Source of the DNA: Bacteroidota bacterium | GTDB taxonomy: Bacteria > Bacteroidota > Ignavibacteria > UBA10030 > UBA6906 | DNA length: 64,000 nucleotides | Direction: 5' to 3' | Assembly: GCA_031402435.1 (NCBI GenBank) | Contig: JANNSJ010000058.1 | Location: 150,213 to 214,212 of the forward strand | Shown here: piece by piece, positions 1 to 9,498 of the stretch | Layout of the letters: each line of letters begins with the position of its first letter | Position numbering within the stretch: position 1 is the stretch's first letter | Program-made: the position numbers and the translations under genes | The notes under the pieces: generated by a model | The model's database searches: none | What the model saw: only the letters and a program-made list of their open reading frames with translations | What the model was told of the DNA's origin: nothing

Positions 1-2
1 AC

Positions 3-209
3 CATAAGGGAGATCGTACAAAGGCGCTGGAATGTTTTCAAAAAGCTGTCAAGTACTCACCAAACTATGCAAACGCGCATAACAACATCGGGATTGTGTT
101 TCTGGATTTGGGAAAGCAGGAAGCGGCAATGACGAGCTTCGTGCGTGCTGCCAGGCTGGGATCTGCAGAGGCTCAAAAGCTGCTGAGTTCGAAGGGATTC
201 TCTTGGTGA
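3..209 (+). CDS. TPR-repeat protein, C-terminal fragment (5' truncated by window edge)
   Basis: Open frame from position 3 reads HKGDRTKALECFQKAVKYSPNYANAHNNIGIVFLDLGKQEAAMTSFVRAARLGSAEAQKLLSSKGFSW*, a typical TPR pattern; TGA at 207-209. Not in the ORF track. Confidence 0.75.
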   Translation, partial: HKGDRTKALECFQKAVKYSPNYANAHNNIGIVFLDLGKQEAAMTSFVRAARLGSAEAQKLLSSKGFSW

Positions 210-385
210 TGGCCCCCTTATCGAGATGCCATGATATTGAAGGAGCGCAGGCAGGATTCAAGCGGGTCACGTCTTGAGGAAGGTGAATGGCAAAAGGTAT
301 TCGCGGACTTGACAGTTGTTCAGGACTTTCGTAGCATTGCAGCGCAACAGTACGCGATTTCCCAACCATAATCAAGGAGTTCGAT

Positions 386-811
386 ATGAACAAAAAATTC
401 TGGACTGGTTTTGTGGTGGTGTTTGTGGCGATGGAGGTTTTGATGTTCATTATTCATGGCGTCTTGCTTGAGTCCGCGTATCAGGCAACGAAGGAAGTGT
501 GGCGACCCGACATGATGTCCCTTATGTGGATCTACCATGTCCTTGCTGTCATTGGCGCGTTTTTCTTTACACTTATTTTTTCCAAGGGATATGAAGGTAA
601 GGGCGTAATGGAAGGTGTGCGCTACGGGCTTTACGTCGGGATCTGGATGAGTTCAGGAATGGCGTACGGCAGCTATTCCATGATCAACATTCCTTACTCG
701 CTGGCATTGCAATGGTTTTGCTATGGACTGATCGAATACATTATCTACGGCATCCTGCTTGCAATGGTGTTTGGCAAACAAGCAACAGTCACGCCCGTTT
801 CCAAAGCCTAA
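386..811 (+). CDS. Small integral membrane protein (about 4 TM helices), unknown function
   Basis: 141 aa ORF with four hydrophobic segments; AAGGAG RBS upstream; followed by a terminator. Confidence 0.75.
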   Translation: MNKKFWTGFVVVFVAMEVLMFIIHGVLLESAYQATKEVWRPDMMSLMWIYHVLAVIGAFFFTLIFSKGYEGKGVMEGVRYGLYVGIWMSSGMAYGSYSMINIPYSLALQWFCYGLIEYIIYGILLAMVFGKQATVTPVSKA

Positions 812-834
812 TGTCTCTGTCTGTGTGCAGTGCA

Positions 835-870
835 TAACGCGTCTCCACTAGGGGACGCGTTACTATTTTT
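835..870 (+). terminator. Rho-independent terminator
   Basis: TAACGCGTCTCC-ACTA-GGGGACGCGTTA stem (one G-U pair) followed by CTATTTTT, just after the stop at 811. Confidence 0.65.
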
Positions 871-938
871 TAGGAGTTTCTCCCTGCCACTCTCCGCACG
901 CTTGTTTTCTTTTTATTATTGTGTTGGTACACTACCTC

Positions 939-1943
939 ATGGCGAAACGAAAACAGCATCAAGAAACGCTTTCCCTTTTTGGTGACATTCCCGCACCGGT
1001 TCCTCCTCCTACTGACTATGTTCTTCACAACAGTGGCCGCTTGAGGCAGTGGGCGAGCAAGGGGATTCATTTCGGAGGATCATCGTGGAAATATCCCGGA
1101 TGGAAGGGAGTCATCTACAGCAAACACTACAAGACGAAGAAATCATTCAATGAAGAGAGTCTCGCGGAATACTCTGAGTTGTTCTCAACGGTGTGTGCAG
1201 ATTTTGCCCTGTATGATTACCCCGATCAACAGCAGATGAAACTCATTCATGACTCAACAGTGGATACATTCAAAGTCTCGCTCAAAGTCACGGACCGTAT
1301 CACCATCAAACGCTACCCATCGCTGCCGCGTTTTGGCCGGCTGGCAGGAACAGAGAACCCGGATTTCCTGAACGTGGAGTTGTTTGAAGATGCGTTTCTG
1401 AAACCGCTTGAGGGGTTGAAGAACAAACGCGGTGCGATCATTTTTGAGTTCTCAACATTCCATCCCAACAGCGGAGTCACGTATGAAAAATTTGTCGTTC
1501 GTATGAATGCGTTCCTCTCGAAACTCCCGAAGGGATACGAATATGCCGTAGAGTTGCGTAACAGTGAGTTCCTGACAGGAGAGTACCTGAAGATGCTTGC
1601 ATCCAACGGTGTCGCGCACGTTCTGAACAACTGGACAAGAATGCCGCCGATCATTGATCAGATCAGAATTGCAGGCGTGCTTACCAGTTCGTTTTCCGTT
1701 GCACGGGCACTGCTCAAACCCGGCAGAACATATGAGGAGGCCGTGGAGTTGTTCCAGCCGTACGACAGAGTGAAGGAGGAGAATACCGAATTGCGCATGG
1801 GGTTGGTTGAATCAGTACATCGGTGTATCGCAGAAGGGACGACGCTCTATGCCTATGTGAATAACAGGGCGGAGGGGAATTCGCCAAAAACAATTGAAGG
1901 GATACTGGACATGCTGGATACGTATCCGGCGGAAAAGCTGTAG
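939..1943 (+). CDS. DUF72 (YecE-like) TIM-barrel protein
   Basis: Motifs GGSSWKYPGW, FKVSLKV, YAVELRN and YVNN match the DUF72 pattern. ATG at 939 preferred over the upstream near-cognate start at 921. Confidence 0.85.
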   Translation: MAKRKQHQETLSLFGDIPAPVPPPTDYVLHNSGRLRQWASKGIHFGGSSWKYPGWKGVIYSKHYKTKKSFNEESLAEYSELFSTVCADFALYDYPDQQQMKLIHDSTVDTFKVSLKVTDRITIKRYPSLPRFGRLAGTENPDFLNVELFEDAFLKPLEGLKNKRGAIIFEFSTFHPNSGVTYEKFVVRMNAFLSKLPKGYEYAVELRNSEFLTGEYLKMLASNGVAHVLNNWTRMPPIIDQIRIAGVLTSSFSVARALLKPGRTYEEAVELFQPYDRVKEENTELRMGLVESVHRCIAEGTTLYAYVNNRAEGNSPKTIEGILDMLDTYPAEKL

Positions 1944-2007
1944 GATTTTGCCAGCGCAATACACCAACTATCGTTCATCATTGCGGCCTCAGGCAAAGCC
2001 TGCGACC

Positions 2008-3414
2008 CTATTTGAGAAGAATAAACTTCTTCGCACTTGAGAAGTTACCCACATCCAGCCGATAGAAATACACACCACTCGCCAGGCCATCTCCACGGAA
2101 TTCCACTTCATGGTATCCCGCCTGCAATTGTTCGTTGACGGGTTGTGCTACTTGTTGGCCGAGAGTGTTAAATATTGTCAGCGTGACGAACGAACTGCGT
2201 GGAAGCCCATAGCGAATTGTCGTTGTAGGATTCCAGGGATTCGGGTAGTTTTGGTCCAATACAAATTCTGTCGGGCGCGACAACTGTCCGCCAAGCCTGA
2301 GGACAATCGCTGCCTTTGGGTCCGTAATGGTTATTGACCCGTTGCTTTTCAATCGCACTTCCTTGTTTCCGATAATAAGGGCTGCAGCTATCGACTGGTC
2401 TTTCATCTCCCACGTCATCGTGAGCGGATATTGTGCGTAGGATGCACGAATGGGGACTTCCTTTATCCCCCCTCCTTTCTTCACGCATTCCAGTATTCGG
2501 TTTGTTTCAAACCTTGCGTCAAAGATGCCTGCCGGTGGTGGTGGTGGGAGCTCGAAGTAGTCCAAGTCCTTCTTTTCGAGTGACTCAGAAGAGAAGTACA
2601 GAGTCTGTTGTGCGCCACTCAAATCTGAGATTGTAATCGTCCCAGCCCTCTCAGTTACAGACGAAAGGGGTGAGGCCTCTTTGTCAAGAGGCGAAACCGT
2701 TGAAAGTATCAACATACCCGCAGAGCCGGCCCTCACCCAATAGCCTTTAGCGGGCCTCAAGCTGTCGGTAATCTGATACGTTCCGTTGTATCCGTAGAAA
2801 GGCGATTGGATTATTCCCTGAGGGATTTGTTGGACAGCCGCGATCGACAGAGGTACCGAGAGTGCACCAATAACGTTCCAATCCGGTTGTACAATAATCG
2901 TATCCAACGTTCGTTGCACTCCCCCGATTGCGATGGTCTGTTGACTATTGAATTTTAGCATGTAGCCAACACCGTTCAGCAAAGTGTCTTTTCTCACGTA
3001 TCCGAGCACCGCGTTAAACTCGTAGGCGTAGCCGGCGGCCGTCGTAAAGATGGACCCCTTTCGTCGATCACCGACCGTCAGGGGAACCGATACTAGATTC
3101 CAACCATTTACAACCCCATAGTAGCTGGTACCGGCAACATAGACCAGGCGCGACTGAACCACGCTGGCCTGGTATCCGGGCCTGTAGAGCCTGGCCTTGA
3201 AGGTTGTTGTGGCAGAAATAGTAACCAGACTGTTTCCATATACAACAAACGGACTTGTTCGATCCGGGGTTGATCCATCAACCGTGTATCGCAGTGTATC
3301 GCCGGGGAGTAGGTTTTCGATATTGGAATTGGAGCGAATACTCCCACCTGCATTTCCCGAGTGGACGAGAATACATGCTGCGACCGCGAATCCAAAAACT
3401 ATTCGTTTCGGCAT
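2008..3414 (-). CDS. T9SS type A sorting-domain protein with N-terminal FN3-associated (CHB_HEX_C-like) domain
   Basis: Signal peptide; LRYTVDGSTP...TTFKARLY module; GWNLVSVPL and DWNVIGALS repeats; C-terminal LDQNYPNPWNPTTTIRYGLP...SGVYFYRL...KKFILLK. Confidence 0.85.
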   Translation of the reverse strand: MPKRIVFGFAVAACILVHSGNAGGSIRSNSNIENLLPGDTLRYTVDGSTPDRTSPFVVYGNSLVTISATTTFKARLYRPGYQASVVQSRLVYVAGTSYYGVVNGWNLVSVPLTVGDRRKGSIFTTAAGYAYEFNAVLGYVRKDTLLNGVGYMLKFNSQQTIAIGGVQRTLDTIIVQPDWNVIGALSVPLSIAAVQQIPQGIIQSPFYGYNGTYQITDSLRPAKGYWVRAGSAGMLILSTVSPLDKEASPLSSVTERAGTITISDLSGAQQTLYFSSESLEKKDLDYFELPPPPPAGIFDARFETNRILECVKKGGGIKEVPIRASYAQYPLTMTWEMKDQSIAAALIIGNKEVRLKSNGSITITDPKAAIVLRLGGQLSRPTEFVLDQNYPNPWNPTTTIRYGLPRSSFVTLTIFNTLGQQVAQPVNEQLQAGYHEVEFRGDGLASGVYFYRLDVGNFSSAKKFILLK

Positions 3415-3657
3415 TGTTGATCTTTTTACGAAACTGAAAGGAAATCGATTGGTCTGTGCAACGGACTTTTGACTACTTCAAGCGAGCAATTGGATGCTAC
3501 TCAAACCAAACTTAGCAAGATCTGGGGGTAAACTCAAGGAGAAAATTTTGAATTTGGCCATCGAGCAATATCGCGTAACGAAGAAGGATCAGACATGATA
3601 CACAAAAATCCAGCCGTGAGGTTATGGCTTGGGGGCCGGTTGGCACCCAAAAGCTGG

Positions 3658-3686
3658 TTGTCTTCTGGCTGTTTGTTTTGTATATT
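3658..3686 (+). promoter_or_regulatory. Candidate sigma70 promoter for tRNA-Pro
   Basis: TTGTCT-N17-TATATT ending 23 nt upstream of the tRNA. Confidence 0.5.
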
Positions 3687-3709
3687 CTTAAGGTCAACAA
3701 TGAGTTACA

Positions 3710-3783
3710 CGGAGCGTAGCGCAGCCCGGTAGCGCACTTGCTTGGGGTGCAAGGGGTCGCGGGTTCAAATCCCGCCGCTCCGA
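3710..3783 (+). tRNA. trnP: tRNA-Pro (anticodon GGG)
   Basis: Cloverleaf: acceptor CGGAGCG/CGCTCCG, anticodon arm CTTGC-TTGGGGT-GCAAG, T-loop GGTTCAAATCC; CCA not encoded. Confidence 0.97.
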
Positions 3784-3789
3784 CAAACG

Positions 3790-3827
3790 AAGGCATCGGC
3801 AATCAGCCGGTGCCTTTTGTTTTCTTT
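3790..3827 (+). terminator. Rho-independent terminator after tRNA-Pro (possibly bidirectional)
   Basis: AAGGCATCGGC-AATCA-GCCGGTGCCTT followed by TTGTTTTCTTT; lies between convergent genes. Confidence 0.75.
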
Positions 3828-3838
3828 ACTGTCGTGCT

Positions 3839-4846
3839 TCATTGTCCATCAGATAACGCCACTGGAGCAAACACCTCCCCCAAGTTTTCTGGTAATGGAG
3901 CGACAGACGAACTTCGGTATATGTTGCCCTTGAGGGTTCCTGCGATAACACTTCCATTGCCACCCATTCTCAAACAACGTATTGCGTCGTCCGTAAGACT
4001 TCCTTGAACCTTTGCCCACGTCGCCGCATTATTTGATGAGCAAAACACGCCGCTTGTTGTGCCGACAAAGAGTTGTTCATGCAAGCAAACGGCCAGTGAT
4101 CCGGCGCTCTTGTTCGTGAGTCCGTTGTTCATCTGAGCCCACGTTACACCATTGTCCTGTGAGCGATACACTCCGCCTCCATTCGTGGCCGCAAAGAGAT
4201 TGCCGCTCGGGTGTCCGGTAATTTCCCAAACATCAAGACAAGTCAATCCTTTGTTGACCGCTCTCCAGTTCTTTCCATGGTTTGTTGAAAGAAAAATACC
4301 ATCCTTCGTTCCCGCGAGAATATCATTGTTCGAATTCGCCGTAATGGTGGCAACATAACAGCCATTCAATCCCGTTGCAACCCACGTCTCGCCATTATCG
4401 AGAGAACAGTACACGCCATGGCTCGAAGTCCCCGCGTACAGAGAACCATCTGGCGCAATTTCAAGAGAAACGATCTCAGTGCAATCCAGTCCGGTATTTG
4501 ATTGCACCCATCCGGAGATGTTGCCATCGTTTCGGTATACACCGCCGCCGAAGGTTCCGGCGAAGATCGTCCCGCGTGTATTTGCAACGAGAGCGAAAAC
4601 ATCCCTATCGGTTAATCCCGCGTTACGATCTGTCCATGTTTCACCCTGGTCAATGGACATGAAGACTCCCCCGCCAAAGGTCCCGGCGTAGATATGGCCG
4701 TTCGGCGTAACCGATATTGCCTGAATCGGAGTCTTTTCGAGAAACGGAGCAGAGCTTTTGGGATGTTCCTCAGATGTAGCGCGTGGTGAAAGGTGGGCAA
4801 GCAAAAATGAAAGCACTAACAGTGCCACAGCAATACGTCGGCTCAT
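3839..4846 (-). CDS. Secreted beta-propeller protein (BNR/Ycf48-like repeats)
   Basis: Signal peptide, then about seven ~41-aa repeats of type IFAGTFGGGV(F/Y)xSxDxGxTW; GGAG RBS before the ATG at 4846. Confidence 0.85.
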   Translation of the reverse strand: MSRRIAVALLVLSFLLAHLSPRATSEEHPKSSAPFLEKTPIQAISVTPNGHIYAGTFGGGVFMSIDQGETWTDRNAGLTDRDVFALVANTRGTIFAGTFGGGVYRNDGNISGWVQSNTGLDCTEIVSLEIAPDGSLYAGTSSHGVYCSLDNGETWVATGLNGCYVATITANSNNDILAGTKDGIFLSTNHGKNWRAVNKGLTCLDVWEITGHPSGNLFAATNGGGVYRSQDNGVTWAQMNNGLTNKSAGSLAVCLHEQLFVGTTSGVFCSSNNAATWAKVQGSLTDDAIRCLRMGGNGSVIAGTLKGNIYRSSSVAPLPENLGEVFAPVALSDGQ

Positions 4847-5034
4847 GGTACACTCCATTCTTATTGAATCTTGATGAATGACCGAACCAGACTGCTGTAC
4901 CTAATCCCGGTAGAACGCTGTTACCTGCTCACTAAGACGAGTGGATGGTAAGAAAGTTTCAATATGAAAGGGCAATCTTCATACAGGTACAGGTTTCGGA
5001 GCGGAGTAAAAGGCGGGTGTGACTGTGGATGGAT

Positions 5035-5060
5035 AAGTCCCGCCCGGCGTGGCGGGACTT
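5035..5060 (-). terminator. Perfect GC-rich hairpin downstream of merR-like gene
   Basis: AAGTCCCGCC-N6-GGCGGGACTT, 10-bp perfect stem 2 nt past the stop codon; no clear U-tract. Confidence 0.45.
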
Positions 5061-5062
5061 CG

Positions 5063-5446
5063 TCAGTTCAATTTGACCAGCAACTCTTCGAGGAACTTCT
5101 TCACTTCGACTACGTCAGTACGGAGTTGCTCATCGGTGATTTTGTTTTTGGGCTTCGGCGAGTCGATGAGAACAAGTTGCTCGCCGGTATCATCCTCAGG
5201 TGTATATGCCTTCAGTACCTGCTTTGCACCCTCAATCGTATATCGTTCATCACGCAGCAGTTTCTTGATATAGAGGATGAGTTTGATATCCCGGTTGGTG
5301 TAGATGCGGTTACCCGCGCGGTTCTTTGCGGGTTTCAATTGCTCAAATTCCGACTCCCAATACCTCAGTACATATTGCTCGAGGTCCGTGATCTTGCTGA
5401 CCTCGCTAATGGAGTAGTAGAGTTTCTTGATACCGAGAGATTTCAT
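5063..5446 (-). CDS. MerR-family transcriptional regulator (short type)
   Basis: YYSISEVSKITDLEQYVLRYWESEF...GNRIYTNRDI...YTIEGAK winged HTH pattern. Confidence 0.9.
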   Translation of the reverse strand: MKSLGIKKLYYSISEVSKITDLEQYVLRYWESEFEQLKPAKNRAGNRIYTNRDIKLILYIKKLLRDERYTIEGAKQVLKAYTPEDDTGEQLVLIDSPKPKNKITDEQLRTDVVEVKKFLEELLVKLN

Positions 5447-5559
5447 AGCGCCTCGCAGTGGTGTTCCACGTTCAATATGGTCAAAAAGTACGTAATCCGT
5501 GTTTGAGATGCAAACTATTGCAGAGCAACCATTTCGGTGGGCCGGGATCGTCCTATGGC

Positions 5560-6126
5560 TTATTTCTTTACCTTGCTTTTCGAAATCCGCACATCAATTT
5601 CCTTGAGTTTTGCAAGCTCGCTTGAGGCCTTTTCCAATTCTGCTTCCAGCTCTTGCACACGTCGGCCCCTCGATGCGACTTCGCCCATTTGTTTCCTGGC
5701 AACAGCGACAAGGCTATCGGCGACAAATTTTTCTCGCCTCAGTGAATCGCGCAATTCGCCCACCCGATCAACCATCGTCAGGTACATTTGAATGATCTGC
5801 TTTTCTTCCGGGGATTGGGTGAGGCGAAGGTAGGTGTCCAACCAGTAGCGTGATGCGCTATCGTTTGCTGCCGGATTGGAAGGAGCACTCAACAGGAGAG
5901 CAGTCTTTCTCACTGCACCGGGATGCACACTTGTTGAGGTATAATGCTCTGCGACAATCATATACTCGGTTGTTGCCTCTCGTAAAGCAAATGAGCGTTC
6001 CAATGTATCAGCACGAGCCATATGTCGGTGTGCCTGGAACTCGGCATCGCTGATGGTACTGCTCGATGTGCATCCGTAGAGGAAGACAGCAACGAGAAGG
6101 GTATAGAGGCTGCTATGCCAAGCCAT
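5560..6126 (-). CDS. Lipoprotein with helical/coiled-coil C-terminus, QseG/YfhG-like
   Basis: Start MAWHSS (ATG 6126) overlaps the kinase stop; lipobox VFLYGC; C-terminal coiled coil ending LAKLKEIDVRISKSK. Confidence 0.7.
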   Translation of the reverse strand: MAWHSSLYTLLVAVFLYGCTSSSTISDAEFQAHRHMARADTLERSFALREATTEYMIVAEHYTSTSVHPGAVRKTALLLSAPSNPAANDSASRYWLDTYLRLTQSPEEKQIIQMYLTMVDRVGELRDSLRREKFVADSLVAVARKQMGEVASRGRRVQELEAELEKASSELAKLKEIDVRISKSKVKK

Positions 6127-7636
6127 CGGCAGACCTTTGTGATTGGGCAATAGCCGGAGTAGATGGCGCCAGTGTCGCCAGATCTGCTGCAGGGAAATCC
6201 ACACAAAACGTGGAGCCGGCTCCGAGCGTACTCGTCGCCGTTACGGCCCCACCCTGCCCTTCGACAAAAGCCTTGACAAGCGCAAGACCGAGCCCCGTAC
6301 CTTTGGCGCCTACCTTTGATGCGTTTGAAGCCTGGTAGAATTTGACAAAAATCTTCGGCAAGTCCTCGGAGGCAATGCCGATGCCGGTGTCGGCAATCGA
6401 GACACGAGCGCCGTTGCCATGTCGGGCAACGTTGATGGTGATTGTTCCATCCTTGTCTGTGTACTTGATTGCATTGCTTACAAGGTTGCTGAACACCTGC
6501 GAGAGCTTTTCCACATCGGCCATGATGTATGGGATGGGGCTGGCGGAAACTGCAATATGGACACCTTTTCGTTCTGCAAGTACCTGTGCATCTTCCACAG
6601 CAGCGGCAACAATGGAGAGCAGGTCGGCGAGGACAAGTTCGTATTCCATTTTACCGGCTTCGATCTTTGCAATATCAAGAAAGGCATTCGTAAACTTGAT
6701 GAGTTTGTCAATGTTGCCACGCATGGAGCCGAGCAGCCGGAGCTGTTCCGGGTTGAGTCCGCCAAGTTTTTGTTCGGAGAGGATATACTGTGCAGAGAGG
6801 ATCGTCTGCAACGGTGTGCGCAGTTCGTGTGAAATCTGACGCATCATTGCGGCTTTGTACTCATTGATTTGCCGCAGTTGATTGCTCATATCGTTCACGG
6901 CGTCTGCGAGGAGAGAAGTCTCATCGTGAGACGTTACTTTGATCTGGCCGAACGAGCCCCTTGCAATCTGCTGGGTTCCGCGAATCACCGCTTCGATTGG
7001 GTGCGTAATGGTACGTGTGATAAAGAACGCGATAGTTAACGCGACCAGCAGTGTTCCGAACGTCAGAATTAGTGCTACCCGCGCCGACTGTTGTGTCGTC
7101 AACTCTACATTCGCCATTGCCTGGTCGATGGATGCCTGACTGAGTCGCATGAACCGATCCAGAGCCTCATGAAGAATGGGAAATGATTCGAACTGACCCT
7201 GGTCAAATGTTGGCGGGGCATTCTTGTTTGATTTCCTTGTCGTTGCCCTGGACAGAACCTGTTCTCCGATCACGGCAGAAGCAAAGACGTCATGTTTTGA
7301 GCGAACCATCTGAAGGAGTTCATATCGCGCAGCGTCGGTCTGCACACTGATAAGCGAATCAAGTTCTTCGGTGAGTCGTGAACTGCCGTCGGAAAACATT
7401 GCAAAATAGGTATTGTCGTGAGCGATCAGGTACTTGCCCGCATCCTGTTCCTCTTCATACAATCTCGTCCGGATCCCCTTCGCAAGGTTGATGGAGAGGA
7501 CGTCCGACGACAGTGTGGTATGCGCTGCATTGGAAACGAGATTGAGCTCGTACACCATGTAGGCGTTTACACAGATCATGATCGCGATGATTGTCAGGAA
7601 TCCGAGCATCATTTTCTTATAGATTGTCAGTCTCAT
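6113..7636 (-). CDS. Membrane sensor histidine kinase (2 TM, periplasmic helical domain, HAMP, HisKA, HATPase)
   Basis: H-box QISHELRTPL, N-box NLVSNAIKY, G1 DTGIGI, G2 GTGLGL. Confidence 0.92.
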   Translation of the reverse strand: MRLTIYKKMMLGFLTIIAIMICVNAYMVYELNLVSNAAHTTLSSDVLSINLAKGIRTRLYEEEQDAGKYLIAHDNTYFAMFSDGSSRLTEELDSLISVQTDAARYELLQMVRSKHDVFASAVIGEQVLSRATTRKSNKNAPPTFDQGQFESFPILHEALDRFMRLSQASIDQAMANVELTTQQSARVALILTFGTLLVALTIAFFITRTITHPIEAVIRGTQQIARGSFGQIKVTSHDETSLLADAVNDMSNQLRQINEYKAAMMRQISHELRTPLQTILSAQYILSEQKLGGLNPEQLRLLGSMRGNIDKLIKFTNAFLDIAKIEAGKMEYELVLADLLSIVAAAVEDAQVLAERKGVHIAVSASPIPYIMADVEKLSQVFSNLVSNAIKYTDKDGTITINVARHGNGARVSIADTGIGIASEDLPKIFVKFYQASNASKVGAKGTGLGLALVKAFVEGQGGAVTATSTLGAGSTFCVDFPAADLATLAPSTPAIAQSQRSADGLA

Positions 7637-8010
7637 GAGGCCCCTTCTTCAATAACCACCATTGCCACTACGTGGCTTTCGGAATGAGACAAGGAAACAA
7701 AGATGGATGCGTGGGCAAGTGTTTCGCGTAACCGTCCGTAGAGTGTAATATGTGGTTGCCCAAGTGCATCATTCATGACTTCCACGTCCTTCCATGCAAA
7801 ATCGCCGCTCCATCCCGTCGCCAACGCCTTGCTGACGGCTTCTTTTGCCGCAAATCGTGCAGCAAAATGCTGTACCATATTGTGTTTCGATTGACAATAA
7901 CGGATCTCTTCCTGCGTGAACACCTTGTTCAGGAAATTGGTGCCAAGGTTGTCAATACTCTTCTGTACTCGCTCAATCTCCAGAATATCAACACCAATCC
8001 CCTTGACCAT
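7633..8010 (-). CDS. acpS: Holo-[acyl-carrier-protein] synthase
   Basis: GIGVDILEIER, FAARFAAKEAVSKAL, VSLSHS. Confidence 0.95.
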   Translation of the reverse strand: MVKGIGVDILEIERVQKSIDNLGTNFLNKVFTQEEIRYCQSKHNMVQHFAARFAAKEAVSKALATGWSGDFAWKDVEVMNDALGQPHITLYGRLRETLAHASIFVSLSHSESHVVAMVVIEEGAS

Positions 8011-8012
8011 AC

Positions 8013-8711
8013 CTATCCGGAATGTTGTGAACGTTGATTTTCCATCTCGATCACTCCAAGCAACTCGGCGATGTCGTTGAGTTCGTAGTTCGCGTTCGAG
8101 TTGACGGTGCCGAACGTGTCGCCGTACCGGGCAAACACGGTTGTCATTCCCACAGCGGCGGCACCCACCATGTCACGCTCGGCCCAATCACCCACCATAA
8201 TTGCTTCGTGTGGTTCGATGTTGAGCCGTTCAAGCGTTTTGCGAAAAGGTGCGGGGCTGGGTTTCCGTTCACCCGTATCCTCGAACGTCACCACGGAATC
8301 AAAAATGTGGTGGAAGTTGAGATAACACAGCCGCAGCCAGGCCTCTCTCCCCGGTGCATCCGATACCACGGCAAGCTTGAAACCTCTCTTTACCAGTTTA
8401 ACAAGCGTGATGTTGACATGTGGATAGGGAACAAGTGCTGCCTCGCGGGCTCTTCGGTATGCAATGATCCCGGCGGAGAGAATCTTATAATCAACTTTCT
8501 GAAAAATGTCGTAGAGGAGTTGATCGAAGACATTCTGAAACTCGATCCCCTTCTCCTTATAAATTGCATCGATGCGTGCCTGTGCCTCATCGGGAGAAAG
8601 TGTCAGCCCGGCGTCGATCATGAAGTGAATGGCCGCACTGATTGCCTCACGCTTCATCTTCATGAAGTCCACCAGTGTGTTGTCCAGGTCGAAGATGATG
8701 CCTTTGATCAT
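8013..8711 (-). CDS. HAD-superfamily hydrolase, subfamily IA
   Basis: Motif I FDLDNTL, motif II VVSD, motif III/IV RKPSP...MVGDWAERD. Confidence 0.9.
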   Translation of the reverse strand: MIKGIIFDLDNTLVDFMKMKREAISAAIHFMIDAGLTLSPDEAQARIDAIYKEKGIEFQNVFDQLLYDIFQKVDYKILSAGIIAYRRAREAALVPYPHVNITLVKLVKRGFKLAVVSDAPGREAWLRLCYLNFHHIFDSVVTFEDTGERKPSPAPFRKTLERLNIEPHEAIMVGDWAERDMVGAAAVGMTTVFARYGDTFGTVNSNANYELNDIAELLGVIEMENQRSQHSG

Positions 8712-8980
8712 CGGTCAGCCTGTGCCGAGCGCGCAACTTCGTCCTCAATGTACTCGCGGACTGCAGGCTTGATGAATACATTGTCGAGCCCAATCTCACT
8801 GAGCGCAAGTGCGAACACGGAGGTTTTCTTGTTGGGCATGAGGCGTTTGTTGATCAGCAGTATTTTGTCAGTCTTCAGGATGCAATAGCCCCCCTCGAAG
8901 TCGCCTTTCTCATACCGTACCGCCAGGCCAAGTTGTGCGGCGAGTTGTTCGAGTTCCGTCACCAGCTCCTCGTGTCTCAT
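8708..8980 (-). CDS. Small conserved hypothetical protein (ImmA/IrrE-like fold without HExxH)
   Basis: 90 aa from ATG 8980; 4-bp overlaps with both neighbours; GGYC...LLINKRL...FALALSE. Confidence 0.75.
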   Translation of the reverse strand: MRHEELVTELEQLAAQLGLAVRYEKGDFEGGYCILKTDKILLINKRLMPNKKTSVFALALSEIGLDNVFIKPAVREYIEDEVARSAQADR

Positions 8981-9498
8981 ACTGTATATGGTTGCTTCTT
9001 CTTGAGTGGTTGAAATACCGCCAGGGCAATGATTGTGTAGTAGCACAATGTTGCAATGAGCGGTGTACCTGCGAGAGCGTCGAGTCGCGCAAGAAACAAT
9101 TCCCGGAACACGATATTATCGGCCGTCGTGAACAACTCTGTGTACACCATGGTTCCATCGAGGTAGCTTGTGAATGCTTCGACGGGAACAAAGAGATAGA
9201 ACAGGATAGCGCTCATCATCAGCCAGCCATGTTCCTTGAGTTTGAACGGGCTTGTTGCAAGGAAGACGATACTGCTGACAAGAGAGACACAATAACTCAC
9301 CATCACGAAAAGAGACGCAAACGAAAGCAGCCGGAAGATCTCACGCTCCGCGTCGGGGGCAATGTATTCCTCGAACTCAAGGGTTCCAAATTTCAACAGG
9401 TCGTTTCCAATAATCGCCCTGATATGGGAACCGCCAAGCCATAGCGTGGCCGAAATTATAAACATAAACAGTGCGATACGCCATGTCGTAGACTGCAT
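8977..9498 (-). CDS. Integral membrane protein (about 4 TM), unknown function
   Basis: Hydrophobic helices from MQSTTWRIALF; stop overlaps the next start by 4 bp. Confidence 0.75.
   Translation of the reverse strand: MQSTTWRIALFMFIISATLWLGGSHIRAIIGNDLLKFGTLEFEEYIAPDAEREIFRLLSFASLFVMVSYCVSLVSSIVFLATSPFKLKEHGWLMMSAILFYLFVPVEAFTSYLDGTMVYTELFTTADNIVFRELFLARLDALAGTPLIATLCYYTIIALAVFQPLKKKQPYTV

Noticed and set aside
3641-3657. TTGGCAC as a sigma54 promoter near tRNA-Pro
   Set aside because: GG-to-GC spacing is 9 rather than 10, and a well-spaced sigma70 promoter is present.
3710-3783. tRNA-Pro as a second integration site
   Set aside because: I found no duplicate of its 3' end in the window, and it is followed directly by its own terminator.
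4859-5034. Possible ncRNA or small gene between the propeller gene and merR
   Set aside because: No convincing ORF or fold beyond the single hairpin at 5035; most likely a promoter region.
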